Shown here piece after piece: positions 51,167 through 62,768 of a stretch of 64,000 bases of DNA. The notes below the pieces were generated by a model. It saw nothing but the letters and a program-made list of their open reading frames with translations. It was not told the origin of the DNA and ran no database searches. Made by a program: the position numbers and the translations under genes. The first letter of the stretch is position 1; each line of letters opens with the position of its first letter. The DNA is from Phoronis australis (taxonomy: Eukaryota; Animalia; Phoronida): positions 180,331 through 244,330 of the forward strand of contig NMRA01000522.1 in assembly GCA_002633005.1 (NCBI GenBank). The letters run 5' to 3'.

Positions 51167-52972
51167 CTGAAGGGAGACAACATGACATGTAGCTTGAATG
51201 AGTTGAAAAATGTAAACAAAATACGGTAACAAAATACATAGTGTATACTTAGCTTGAAATAGTATTGCCAAAAAAATGTAACCGTAATCTAAAAATGCCA
51301 ATACAAGATAATTTTTTTAGCAAAACCTTATCATTACATATTAGACAGTATTTTACTCCATGTAATTTATATGGAGGTTAGGATTTCACAGAAGTGGCCA
51401 AGAGTGCACGCTGCCATGACAACAGACAAGCCGCATGGGGAACAGTGAACAATTTGCTTTGAACACCATATAAACATGCACAGCCAGGCAACATCAATCA
51501 CATCCAATCTCAATGCATCCAACCATGAGTTTACTCCTCAATAACACAACAGGTGGTGTCATAGTAGTTATAGGAATGTTAAAAAGCAACTGGAGCTTTT
51601 CTGCAAAGAATCGCCATAAGGTCAATGTGCACACAGTTCATCTGGTAACACACAGAGCAAACCTAAGACAGGCATCATGTTAGCTGGGTTAACTAGAGCA
51701 GACCTTTGTCTCAAGGAGATGGATAGAATTACTGAATAGGAAACCCCCAGAAACCTACTGTTAAAGCTGGCATGCATAGATGATAAAGGGCCATCTAAAT
51801 ATTAGCATAAGACAAAGGTGCATGTAAATAGGCAGGTTGACTCGTTAATTGGTTTACATGCTATCTTGTACTTACATATACATTGGACAGTCATTCATCG
51901 AGTCTTCACACAACATACCGCTTATGGATAGCAATTTGCCTTCTTGCAGATAAACTAATCATTCTTGCTTAAATGTTTATTTCTGGTATTCATATACAAA
52001 TTTTTGATCAACTATGCATGCCAATCACACCAATTACAACAGGCAAAATGTAGCAAGGCTCATTTCTAAATACATTAGATGATAGCTAAAGTAACAAAAC
52101 AGCTATCTTTCCCTTTTCAAAACCTAAACTTCACATAATCTTGATCTCAAAGTACATTTGGTGTCAAGAAAAATAGGGTGACATTTCACCGATCAACAGC
52201 CAAAGTTAACCAAGGAATCACAACAGCATCCTACAGTGGTAAAATGAAACTACAACTAAACAATAAAGTACCAATGCCAAGCACCAACTACATCTATCCA
52301 CACAAATCCAACATCCCAATATAGCTTCCTGTCCAGGAGTGAGAAGTGATTAAACACGTAAGACAGAAATATGGTCTTGTTACCACTACATGAGCAAAGT
52401 TTACCATCACAGCCTAGAAATGTTTGTTTAGAGATTGTCTCAGTAACTAGCAGTTATGAACATATTCTCACAGACTTTGTGTTTTGGTTCAAGTGAGAAT
52501 TATTTTTCAAAAATAGTTGTTTGGAGCGTAACACCAAATTTCAGTCTTAAGTCGTAGTCACTTTCATCAAACAGACCGCTAGGCCTGCTTCACTAAACAG
52601 TTATAACTTCACAACTTTTTAAAAATATGTCCCAGAACTAAAAATTAAGTCAATTATTCATTAAAAATAAATGCTGGGAGGTTTAATTTGAGGTTAATGT
52701 TTCATTTAACCTATTTTTAATCCCAAAAAGAAGCTGTGATTAAGTATTTACTTCAACTGTAAACTCAAAAACTCACAACACAAAAAGTTTGTACCCTATA
52801 GTGAAATAGGCCCTGAGTAGTACCTAATGAAATGAACGCCTTTGTTAAACATACACATATCTTACTATTAATAGCAAAATGAACTTGAATACTAACTCAC
52901 TAAATAAGTTGCACCTCTATGTTCACACAAGCAGGGTACAGATATAAATGTAAGCAGAGTGTGATGTGTCAA

Positions 52973-53141
52973 ATGAACAAGATCATAGATATGAATCTCA
53001 ATGTATCAATACTAACTTGACATACAGCATGAACAAGATCATTAAAGATATGAATCTCAATGTATCAATACTAACTTGACATACAGCATGAACAAGATCA
53101 TTAAAGATATGAATCTCAATGTTATCAATACTAACTTGACA
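52973..53141. repeat. ~59-bp tandem repeat x3
   Basis: atgaacaagatcattaaagatatgaatctcaatgtatcaatactaacttgacatacagc. Confidence 0.93.
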
Positions 53142-53839
53142 CTTTCAGTGTTCACACTCACACACAAAGAGAAAATAACTTCATTTTGCAGTCAGTAAGC
53201 CACTTTAAGTTCTAATATCATGATAAATAAGTACACAACAAACACAGTAAATATACCCATTTCTAAAACTCAGATTGTCGCCATCTATACATTGATAGGA
53301 ACAAGCACAAGTACTCAACAACAAAGCACAACTGTTCATCAGATGAACATATCTATGCCTAGTCAATCTAAATTCATATCAGGATTGAAAATATTTTCTT
53401 ACATTCGCAAGGTATCATTTGCTCCGGTCTTGTTACTCTGATTTATTTTCAGAGTAAAGGCACCATACTGCAATACACATTGTATTATGTTCTTATATCT
53501 AAAATACCAATACTCCGAATGATCTATATTCTGAAAATGTTACATTTACAAAATGAAGACCAATATACTGGGCATTCCAAGAAAACATCTGAAGTTGCAC
53601 TACAGCTCGTCTGTCTGGGAATTCCATTTGCATTGAATGTTTGAGATATGTCAATATTTGATATTGGCAATGTTTTGATCAAGAATTTCTTTAAATGAAA
53701 AGATTTATATTTATTGAAAATTTCCTGTTACACTAACAAACATATGCATTGGACCTTTCATTCATCAAAATATCATTGTTAAAAATTCAAACAACAGGTG
53801 TTATGGCACCTTTGATGTAATATCCCTGTGGAGTATGGG

Positions 53840-53964
53840 AATTTCAGAGTACAGGTACTTCAGAGTAAGCAGAACAAGACCCCACTTGTAGCGCGGACAA
53901 TTTCAGAGTACAGGTACTTCAGAGTAAGCAGAACAAGACCCCACTTGTAGCGCGGACAATTTCA
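53840..53964. repeat. 59-bp tandem duplication
   Basis: aatttcagagtacaggtacttcagagtaagcagaacaagaccccacttgtagcgcggac x2. Confidence 0.93.
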
Positions 53965-54842
53965 CTCTCGTCGTCATACCTGCCACTAACTCCCAAGTAA
54001 TGAATGAGTTAAAGAATTAATGAATTGATGTCAGTATTCCTTAGTCAAATTTGAGGAGATTTATGGGCTTGGAATGAATGAACTGGCAGTTTGTTAGTAC
54101 TGGAGACCAGACAGTACAAGTTAGTTTGCCACGGTGTGCCACTTTAGCTTTCAAGTTCTCAAGGAATAACAAACTGCCAGTTCTTTGCACTGCCACAAAT
54201 CATTTCTGGTCAGAGTGAGCATCAAATCGAGACCAAATTTATAGCAGTAAGATGCTTAAATCAAAAGAATCTGGCATGGAATACAGGTTCACTGTTACTT
54301 TAAGTATATTCCATCATTTCAAATGGTGATTTATCACATACATACAGATACAACAATGTTCATGGAGAGCTAACAAGTATGAGTAGAGCAGCTAAAATGC
54401 ACTCAGCAATTCCAATAAACAATTTGTTACAAACTCATAGCGTAACATGAATGTTTTCATTAAAATAATTTCCAGTTCCTGAAGCTTAATAGTATGATGT
54501 GATGGAGAAAGGCACCACAGATTTGGATTATTTGTATATAAAGCTGACGGGTTTAACTTTGCAAGCACCAATCAACTACTACTACTGCAATACAATTACT
54601 CTTACTGCACTGGTGTTACTGTACAATAAGGGTGAGTGAAATGACTAGAGCACATATAGGAACACTGGCAGATGCATGGACAACTCACTAAAAATGTAAA
54701 CATGCAGGACCCTAGTCACCATAGTATATCGTCATACAATTTGCATGCAGCTTAGATGAGCAAGACATGTGATTGAAAACTCCCGCAGTGTGTTGTGTAT
54801 AGGGACGGGTATGCACTGATGAAAGGGTTAATAGCCTCCTAC

Positions 54843-54901
54843 CTGCTCGTCATAAGCAGTTGGTCTAGACTGGGGTCTGGCAGAAACTGCACGTTGGGGA
54901 T
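54843..54901 (-). CDS. Cytoplasmic exon (internal, or terminal by read-through to TAA at 54830-54828)
   Basis: ttttatttcag|AT, phase 1. DPQRAVSARPQSRPTAYDEQ, followed either by the donor CAG|gtagga or by read-through VGGY*. Confidence 0.7.
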
Positions 54902-55113
54902 CTGAAATAAAAGTGAGTAAGGATGTGAACAGCGGATCAGATACTGCACAACACTAAAAAAATCTGAATACTGAATGAGGTTATTTTATAGAAATAAGCT
55001 GTCAAGGAAAATAAAATACTGAAGAAACATTTCTGTTATGTCAGCCACGCACCATACACAATAAATGCCACAAAAATTGAATGAATAAGTATAGTGACAT
55101 GCATGACACCTAC

Positions 55114-55355
55114 CATTATAAAATGTATTGTTCATGGCAGTCATCTCAAATGGCTTCAGAGGTTCATCACGATCTTCATAGAATAAGTAAGCAGATGAGC
55201 TATTGTTATCGTACAGTGACCTTGTTGACCTGTACGTGGGACCAGCAGTTGGTTGACCAACCATGACACCACTTGAACTCTTGACCACTGGTAGAGGGGT
55301 TAAGTAGGCAGGGTTACGGAAAGAATCCTTCAGGATTTTCCTCTGCTGTCTCTTA
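55114..55355 (-). CDS. Cytoplasmic tail exon with NPxY motif
   Basis: ttctttttacag| ... |gtaggt, 242 nt, phase 2 in and phase 1 out. KRQQRKILKDSFRNPAYLTPLP...SLYDNNSSSAYLFYEDRDEPLKPFEMTAMNNTFYN. Confidence 0.88.
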
Positions 55356-55723
55356 CTGTAAAAAGAACATGAAATATAGAAAGAACATATGAGTAGAAGC
55401 ATTGTCACATTATGCAGAGTAAATCCAGAACTAGAGACACACTAAAGTATAAAGTAACTAAGACACTAAATATAAACAAGTGTGTGCATGTTCCAAGGAA
55501 CACAGTGGTTATACAGCTGCTCACACTTAAACTAATAATAAACTGATAACAAGATAATTGCATTTTGAAGCCTATTAAAATTCTAATAACAAAAGTAACT
55601 TAAATATTTAACAATAACATGAACAATTTTATCAGAGCATTGCGTGTTTCAAAGTTTTACATTTATTAAGAAAGGAGTGTATTGCAATAATTGTGATCAC
55701 ACATTAAGGCATGGAGATAATAT

Positions 55724-55818
55724 AATATTCACCAATATGCACCAAAGAATATTGCCCAATATTCACCAATATGCACCGAAGAATATTGCCCAATATTCAC
55801 CAATATGCACCGAAGAAT
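55724..55818. repeat. 34-bp tandem repeat x2.7
   Basis: aatattcaccaatatgcacc(a/g)aagaatattgccc. Confidence 0.9.
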
Positions 55819-55879
55819 GTTGCTATGTAATGTACTATTCTTTGAAAGTGTTTAGTAAACTAAAGGTTGAACTACATAC

Positions 55880-55982
55880 CGCAGGCAGTAACAAATGAGT
55901 AGGATGAGGAGAATTAGGAATATCAAGAAGATGCCAGCTCCAATGGACCCTCCCACAATGTAGCCATGTTGGCTTTCCACAG
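55880..55982 (-). CDS. Transmembrane exon
   Basis: attacag| ... |gtatgt, 103 nt, phase 1 in and phase 2 out. PVESQHGYIVGGSIGAGIFLIFLILLILLICYCLR is a hydrophobic helix followed by basic residues in the next exon. Confidence 0.92.
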
Positions 55983-56762
55983 CTGTAATCACATTGTACA
56001 CCAAGATTAACATCACTTTACTACAATATCAAGTACTTCATCAGGCATAATGGAACTCTGGTCTCAACATCAAGTTGAATGTATAAACTAATGTCTCACA
56101 TGACCTGGAGTTATGACACGACTGGTTAATAACACAGAGTACGTAATTTTTTGATATTATATGGACGAATCACAAAGTAGTGCAAAGTAAAAATCCATAC
56201 GCCTTAAATTTTATCGTCTGCAATATACTAAAACAACCATGGCAAACGCGCACCAACCAAACAATGCCGGAATTCCGAGAAGGTGACAAGGTTTTGATTG
56301 ACAGATAGGGTGTCACAACTGTACGTAATCCCAGTTGGAAGAATACGCAAACAATTCGTTAAGTGGACCCATAATCGTCGGCAAATTCCATATACATATT
56401 CATTCAAACAGAGACCAACCCCAACTCAAGAAACACGACGAGACTGTCTGGCTGTGCTGTCTCAAGGTCAATTCAGTACTCACACACAGGGAAGCCTTGC
56501 TGACTGTTATTTATTAACATTTTTTAAGTTTTAGAATTACAACTTCAAAGACCATTTATTACATTCTAACTTGAATATTTGCTACGAAAGCTGAATGCAA
56601 TTTACAATTGCTAAGTTTAAAATAAAACTATTAACAAAAAGTAACTGAATTACTTTACATTTGCCAAAGCATGTTTTTAAAAAAGTTGTGTCATGTGGTT
56701 GAAAGTTTTATACATCGATTTTTTTGCAAAAAAGATCATTTTTATGGTCCATGTGAGAAAAC

Positions 56763-56905
56763 AAATCTTATACTCGTCTCGGGTTGATGACATGGGCAAA
56801 ACCTCTTGGAAATTTAGTCAAAATACCGAAGCTTGCCGAGGGATTTTGACGAAATTTCCAAGAGGTTTTGCCCATGTCATAAACCTGAGACTCGAGTAGG
56901 ATTTT
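56763..56905. repeat. Near-perfect hairpin with ~60-bp arms
   Basis: atgacatgggcaaaacctcttggaaattt.gtcaaaat / attttgac.aaatttccaagaggttttgcccatgtcat around a short loop. Confidence 0.9.
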
Positions 56906-57287
56906 CTACGTAACTTTGGAAAGTTAAATTAACTTTGTTACAACATTTGGAACATGTTGGCCGTTTTGACACGCAGCAATGCACAACAATGGGGCGAGTT
57001 CACAAATTGGAAAAAATACCCTAACAAACTTGTTATGCCATTACAAGTTGCCATCAGATGACCAGACAGGCACCTGGTATTGTAATGAGATTCACACCAT
57101 GTAGAAGACATCATCATTGTAGAATAAGCTTTACAACACAAACTAAAAGAACACAATTTTATGCTATCAAAACCCACCCTTATCAACCCATGGAACTAGT
57201 ATGTCATGGCTTCCCACCACAGCAAAACAATCTATGCTGAAGCAGCTGCATTACCAATAAGCAGACCACTCAAGACATAACACGTAC

Positions 57288-57410
57288 GTGCAAGTCTGTT
57301 ACAGCTATCACCAGTATAATCCTCTGTGCATTTACAGATAAATCCTGGACTTTGGATTGACTTGACACACGTGCCACCATTGGAACACTGTATGCCAACA
57401 TCACACAGAT
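57288..57410 (-). CDS. EGF domain exon (frame not in the ORF track)
   Basis: tttcag| ... |gtacgt, 123 nt, phase 1-1. LCDVGIQCSNGGTCVKSIQSPGFICKCTEDYTGDSCNRLA has the CxNGGTC...CxC...YTGxxC motif. Confidence 0.92.
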
Positions 57411-58272
57411 CTGAAATTTATTGTCAGTGAACAAGATTAGCATACCTGCATGCTGTTGGAATATTCTCATTTTTATTTCTCAACTCTTACGCAAATTGCC
57501 CCTTTTTTCCAAACACAATCAACAAGGAGTTATAAAATCATTAATCACAAAACATTACCTCAACTAGTGATGTGTTTACAAATTGGTTTCGATAGCAAAT
57601 AGTGTATCCAATAAGTTACATAAGAACACCACGTTGTTGTCAAGATAAAAGAAAAAATGGAGCACAACTATATTAAGACTAGAATCTTTATACAAGGCAG
57701 TTCCTCTTATGTTTCAAAAAGCTGAGTTTTAACCCATGAAACCATGACAACGACAGAAACATCACTGCACAATATGATGTTCTGAATGTAAATAGTCATG
57801 TGACAGGTGTGTGCATGAAACATTCCACAAGAACCTTCCAAATTCTGTTTATTGCTTCTCTTGGCTACAAGAGTGAGTTACTCGGAGATTTTTCCGAGGC
57901 CTCTAACTGTCAGATACAAGTTGTAAAATTGAAGTTTTCACAGAATGGTACTTAAAGCCTTCATTTTTGAAAGCGAAGTTTTGGAAAATAATGTTTGTGT
58001 GTGCACAAACCTTTGTAACGAAGGTATGAACAGATTACTTCTTTATAATCAGGTCACTTATCACTTATATGTTCTCACATGCACAATAATGGTACTAGTG
58101 CATTGCAAATGATTTGAACAAACACAAGGCTACTATTCAATATCTAATACATTACATCCTTTTTTCTCCACATGAGCTGAAAACAGGTAGTACTTCATAT
58201 CTTTGAGACTGCATAGGATACATCATTAACAGCAAATAGAATTCACATCAAGGGTCAATATATAGTACTCAC

Positions 58273-58398
58273 GTGCACATGTTGTTCCATTGCCAGTATA
58301 ACCTACTTTACAGACACAGTCAAAAGACTGGTCTGTGTTGATGCACTTAGCATTTCTATCACAATTATTCTTGCTTGGGCTACGGCATTCATCAGTTG
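58273..58398 (-). CDS. Calcium-binding-type EGF domain exon
   Basis: ttttgcag| ... |gtgagt, 126 nt, phase 1-1. TDECRSPSKNNCDRNAKCINTDQSFDCVCKVGYTGNGTTCA has six Cys and the CxNxxxxFxCxC motif. Confidence 0.93.
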
Positions 58399-58610
58399 CT
58401 GCAAAATAATAAGACATGAATTAGAAATGTTAAGTTTATATTGCAAAATGTCATGGATGAATTCAAAAGAACTGCAGAGTAATTAAGTTCTCCATTCATG
58501 TAAGTTCAACTAAGTACTAGGCTAGAACACTAAGTCTTATGAAAATGTTAAGAGTATGCAAAGGACATACTGCAAGAGAACATTTTATTGTTAAAGCCTT
58601 GAGTCACAGC

Positions 58611-58913
58611 GACACAGGCCTTGTAAGACAATGAGCCTAGCTTGGCGTCAGTGCTAGTAGTCTATTACAACTGTTACAGTTAATACTCATATACTCACAG
58701 ACACAGGCCTCGTAAGACAATGAGCCTAGCTTGCCGTCAGTGCTAGTAGTCTATTACAACTGTTACAGTTAATACTCATATACTCACAGACACAGGCCTC
58801 GTAAGACAATGAGCCTAGCTTGCCGTCAGTGCTAGTAGTCTATTACAACTATTACAGTTAATACTCATATACTCACAGACACAGGCCTCGTAAGACAATG
58901 AGCCTAGCTTGCC
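58611..58913. repeat. 89-bp tandem repeat x3.4 overlapping an exon 3' end and its donor
   Basis: gacacaggcc recurs at 58611, 58700, 58789 and 58878. Confidence 0.95.
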
Positions 58914-59044
58914 CTCGGTGTCATGGTCAGCTGGACAAGACTTGCACACAGTTTGTCTCTTCAGGTTTTGATACTTTCCATTAGGACATTGAGTGCAGTT
59001 GTAGTTGTTAGCACTGTCAATGAAGGTACCCGCAGGACAATCAG
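58877..59044 (-). CDS. Ephrin-receptor-like Cys-rich exon, type B
   Basis: ttacag| ... |gtgagt, 168 nt, phase 1-1. DCPAGTFIDSANNYNCTQCPNGKYQNLKRQTVCKSCPADHDTEGKLGSLSYEACV. Confidence 0.92.
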
Positions 59045-59950
59045 CTGTAACATAAAACACATTTCACAGTCAACTGCCTGATAACGTAAAAGCCTGTGAC
59101 TGCAGCAATGAGAGTGACAGTGAATGTCAAGCCCTGCAAGTTTATCATAAGTGACAAGGGGTATGCAAAAGGGGTTTATGTTTCGAAACACAGGATAATC
59201 GCAAGGGAAAACTTGTAACATATGGCATAATCTTGCCAAAGCAGCAAAAATCTAGTCTAATGAACAACAGCCTAGTAGACAAGCAACAAGGCTTACATAA
59301 TGACACATTTTAATTAATCATTCATTCTTTAAAGGAGAAGCAATCATATTTATGTTACCTTGTTAGCAAAAATGCCGACCCCAGGTTCCATGCTAATTAC
59401 TGGTCCCTAATTGGCGTAGAACTACTTCTTATTCCATGGAAGGACACAAAGTTACATATGTTCTTACTTATACTTAACATCCAAAGTGGTTGCATTCCCA
59501 TTTCAGATATCATAGTATGTCATGCCTTTGAATGAACACTGTGACCTTGAACTGACAACCTGATGCTTAATGTCATGCACTCCTGGCTCAGCTATTCAGA
59601 ATGCAAAGGGGGTAATAAAACAATTATAATCTTCTCAGCCAGGACCATAAATCCTTTGTTACAGTGTGTTTAGTTACACAGTCCAGGTGGGACAATTGTA
59701 TGACTAAGAGTAGGTATAACAAATTGTTTTGTTTTCTCTCATCTTACAAGCCAATTCTACAAGGCCAGTTGTGTGCGAACGAGCCCAAAATGATTTGGCA
59801 GAATGTTGACAACATTTGGATCTGACTGTAGAAACATAGGATATTGTATTTCACATTCACAACAAAAAGCAATACCTGATACACGTTGGCTCAAACGTTC
59901 ACAATCTCCTATCCCTAGCTGAACATTACAGGTGTATGCATTAGACTTAC

Positions 59951-60118
59951 CCCAGCTACAGTCTGCCACAGACTTGTAACCCAACCCTGGAGTGATCCAA
60001 CCACCAGGACACTCTTCACACTCTAAGGACTGTGATTTGTTGCGGTAGAAACCCTGCACACAGGGCTCACACAGATCTTTATTGTTTCTAGCTACCATGT
60101 ATCCTGCCTCACAATCAC
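59951..60118 (-). CDS. Ephrin-receptor-like Cys-rich exon, type A
   Basis: tttaccag| ... |gtaagt, 168 nt, phase 1-1. DCEAGYMVARNNKDLCEPCVQGFYRNKSQSLECEECPGGWITPGLGYKSVADCSW. Confidence 0.92.
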
Positions 60119-60363
60119 CTGGTAAAAAAGCACAATTTTCAATCAGTATTTGAAAACCAACAACAATCAGACAGTGAAATGGTGTGCACCAGTTAACATT
60201 TTTTCACTCAAGGTAAGCAAATTCTAATTTCAGATAAATATCAATGAAACGAACTTTAAAATATAAATATCAAACATTTCCTCATTCTTGGAATGATAGA
60301 TTCATGTTCTGAGCGAGACTGGCAGAAACATTAACAGCCATCTTTATTGAACTGTGTTTAAAA

Positions 60364-60583
60364 ATGGGATTTAGGAATGCCTCATTAGTTAACACAGAAC
60401 ATTGTCATGGGATTAAGGAATGCCTCAGTGTTAGTGCAGAACATTGTCATGGGATTAAGGAATGCCTCAGTGTTAGCGCAGAACATTGTCATGGGATTAA
60501 GGAATGCCTCAGTGTTAGTGCAGAACATTGTCATGGGATTAAGGAATGCCTCAGTGTTAGCGCAGAACATGCCACGGGATTAA
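60364..60583. repeat. 42-bp intronic minisatellite x5
   Basis: tgggattaaggaatgcctcagtgttag(t/c)gcagaacattgtca. Confidence 0.95.
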
Positions 60584-60910
60584 GTTTTTGAGTATTTTAG
60601 CAATGATGCCTCAAAGACTGCTATAAAGGAAGATGTCATGAATAGCTGGAAAACGTGACTTAATACACACGAGTAGTGTAAAGCAGGTTGCTCAATATAG
60701 ACTTGCCAAAAATACATGTCATTCAGTTAGAGAGGGTGAGTTATTCAAATTTCTGTAGGGCATTAGCCTGGTAAAGATAACATATTCTGGATACTAACCA
60801 CAGCAGATGTGACAAGGAAGTTAATAATACCGCGTCTTTGATATTTCTCATTATTCTTTCACAAAACATGTTATTTGCATGTTGAATAAGAAAGCAATGC
60901 ATCAACTTAC

Positions 60911-61066
60911 GAACACAGCTATCTTCAGACACCTGACTATGATTCCTGGTAGTATACCCATTTTTACATGAATCACAGTCTCTTTGCAGGGGTTTGGGTT
61001 GGTAAGTACCAAGGGGACAGTTGACACACTGTACGTTCACTGACTTCTGGCCGGCAGTGCAATTAC
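60911..61066 (-). CDS. Ephrin-receptor-like Cys-rich exon, type B
   Basis: ctgcag| ... |gtaagt, 156 nt, phase 1-1. NCTAGQKSVNVQCVNCPLGTYQPKPLQRDCDSCKNGYTTRNHSQVSEDSCV. Confidence 0.92.
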
Positions 61067-61528
61067 CTGCAGTTAAGACATGAACCGGGACTGTCACAGC
61101 AAACAATTCAAACATAATCAACAGACATGACAAAATTCAATAAACATTATCACCAAGAAAGTGCAAGTATACAAAAGTCATATTCTGAAATACTGCAACA
61201 TCATTGACTTGACAATATTTACCCACAATGCTGTGCATCTGTAAGACACTTATCACTACAAAACTAGCTTCAGTGCAGCTGACTCTTAAGTGTTAATACT
61301 GAAAACAATTGACGAGTTGTTTGAGATGCAGTGTTCATTCAGTTTGGCTCACAATAACATGTGTGTGTCAGTGGCCTAATCTGCCAGTATATCAAACAAC
61401 GCTTTTTCACACCTGCAATGAAGAGAGCTGGATCCCAAATGTGGCTAATATGATAGTAAGGTGAATATCCCATTCCTTTAATTTAGAAATTAACTGTACA
61501 TAGTCAGCACAGTATAACTTAGGCGTAC

Positions 61529-61690
61529 CAAGATCACATGCAGCTGACGAGGTGGACCGTGTCCCAGCAGTGATTCCTTTAGAGCACTTCTGACAGGAGT
61601 CTTCAGAGGCTTTGTCCCTGTAGTAACCCTGAGCACAATCCTGACACTCGGTCTTTCCAACAACATACTCTGAACCGGATGGACAATCCA
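61529..61690 (-). CDS. Ephrin-receptor-like Cys-rich exon, type A
   Basis: tttcaag| ... |gtacgc, 162 nt, phase 1-1. DCPSGSEYVVGKTECQDCAQGYYRDKASEDSCQKCSKGITAGTRSTSSAACDL. Confidence 0.88.
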
Positions 61691-62207
61691 CTTGAAACAT
61701 AGAGGAATCAACACTATAGTTCAGTACATAATTGTGATGTTATAAATTAGCATGTAGACATTGTATAAGTAAGAAATATTACTCTCTATACACACCATAC
61801 ATTGGTCACGTCATGTGATATATAGTTAAGTCAGAAAAGACATCCTTTCCAAAAGGGAACCAAAGCCAGGACTTTCTACACGGTTAGCAGAAAATGTCAG
61901 GTTCTAGCATCAGTTGGGACAGAGTCATACTTTCAGACTTAACTATAAGTACTGTCATGTGACCAAAATATGGCGAGTAAGAAGATTGCTATTGACCAGT
62001 AATACACAACAAATATAAAGATCATACTCAGTGTAGACTAGCGGTAGAACACACCTACCTGAGACATTATATAATTACCAAGGATACACTGCAGAGCACT
62101 TCAGTTAACTCTTCTCATAAAGTGCGCATAGTTCTTTGTGAAGGTACACTTAACACCATAAGTCCACAGAAACGGAAACACACGACAATCCACCAAAGGT
62201 TACTTAC

Positions 62208-62384
62208 AGACACATTTTGCAGTGCTTGTCGATCCATTTACAAAAGTAGTCTGCTTGTGACCTGAAGGGCTATTTGGGCAGGGTTTACATGAAGTCTGCC
62301 ACCAGGTGTCCTGGTATGTTCCCTCAGCACATGGTTGACATGTATTGGAGCCAGTGTGCAAATATTCACCCTCTGTGCAGTTAG
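62208..62384 (-). CDS. Ephrin-receptor-like Cys-rich exon, type B
   Basis: tttcag| ... |gtaagt, 177 nt, phase 1-1. NCTEGEYLHTGSNTCQPCAEGTYQDTWWQTSCKPCP...GSTSTAKCV has the CxxCxxGTYQ....QxxCxxCP motif. Confidence 0.92.
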
Positions 62385-62392
62385 CTGAAATG

Positions 62393-62495
62393 CAAATTAT
62401 ATTGTAGTTAAAGTCCATTAAAATGTTTATTTTAATATATGATCGATCAAATTATATTGTAGTTAAAGTCCATTAAAATGTTTATTTTAATATAT
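62393..62495. repeat. 55-bp tandem duplication next to an exon acceptor
   Basis: caaattatattgtagttaaagtccattaaaatgtttattttaatatat at 62393 and 62448. Confidence 0.9.
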
Positions 62496-62609
62496 AATCT
62501 TACTATTCAAGGAGGAACAAATAGATATGAGACACACATATTTCATTTATTACAAACAGATCAAAATTACCATCCAATACTTAAAGATGTCAAGTATAAC
62601 CTTACATAC

Positions 62610-62768
62610 CAATTTTACATTCGTTCACAGAATTGGCCTTCTCCCCTGGTGTAATGAAGCCATTAGTACAAGGCTTACAAGAATTTTCTTCAGTCTTATT
62701 ACGAAAGAATGCACGTTTGCAGTCAATGCACACACTACCATTGAACTCTGTACCACTTGCGCAGTCCA
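62610..62768 (-). CDS. Type I membrane protein: ephrin-receptor-like (GCC2/GCC3) Cys-rich exon, type A
   Basis: tttcag|TG ... G|gtatgt, 159 nt, phase 1-1. DCASGTEFNGSVCIDCKRAFFRNKTEENSCKPCTNGFITPGEKANSVNECKI. Upstream exons must lie beyond the window. Confidence 0.9.

Noticed and set aside
53900-53980. Possible terminal exon (YDDESEIVRATS...) of the receptor
   Set aside because: No pyrimidine tract before the AG, and it lies in a tandem duplication within repeat-like sequence.
60364-60591. Repetitive ORFs (EHCHGIKECLSVSA)n and (MFCxNTEAFLNPMT)n
   Set aside because: By-product of a 42-bp intronic minisatellite. No splice signals or other coding support.
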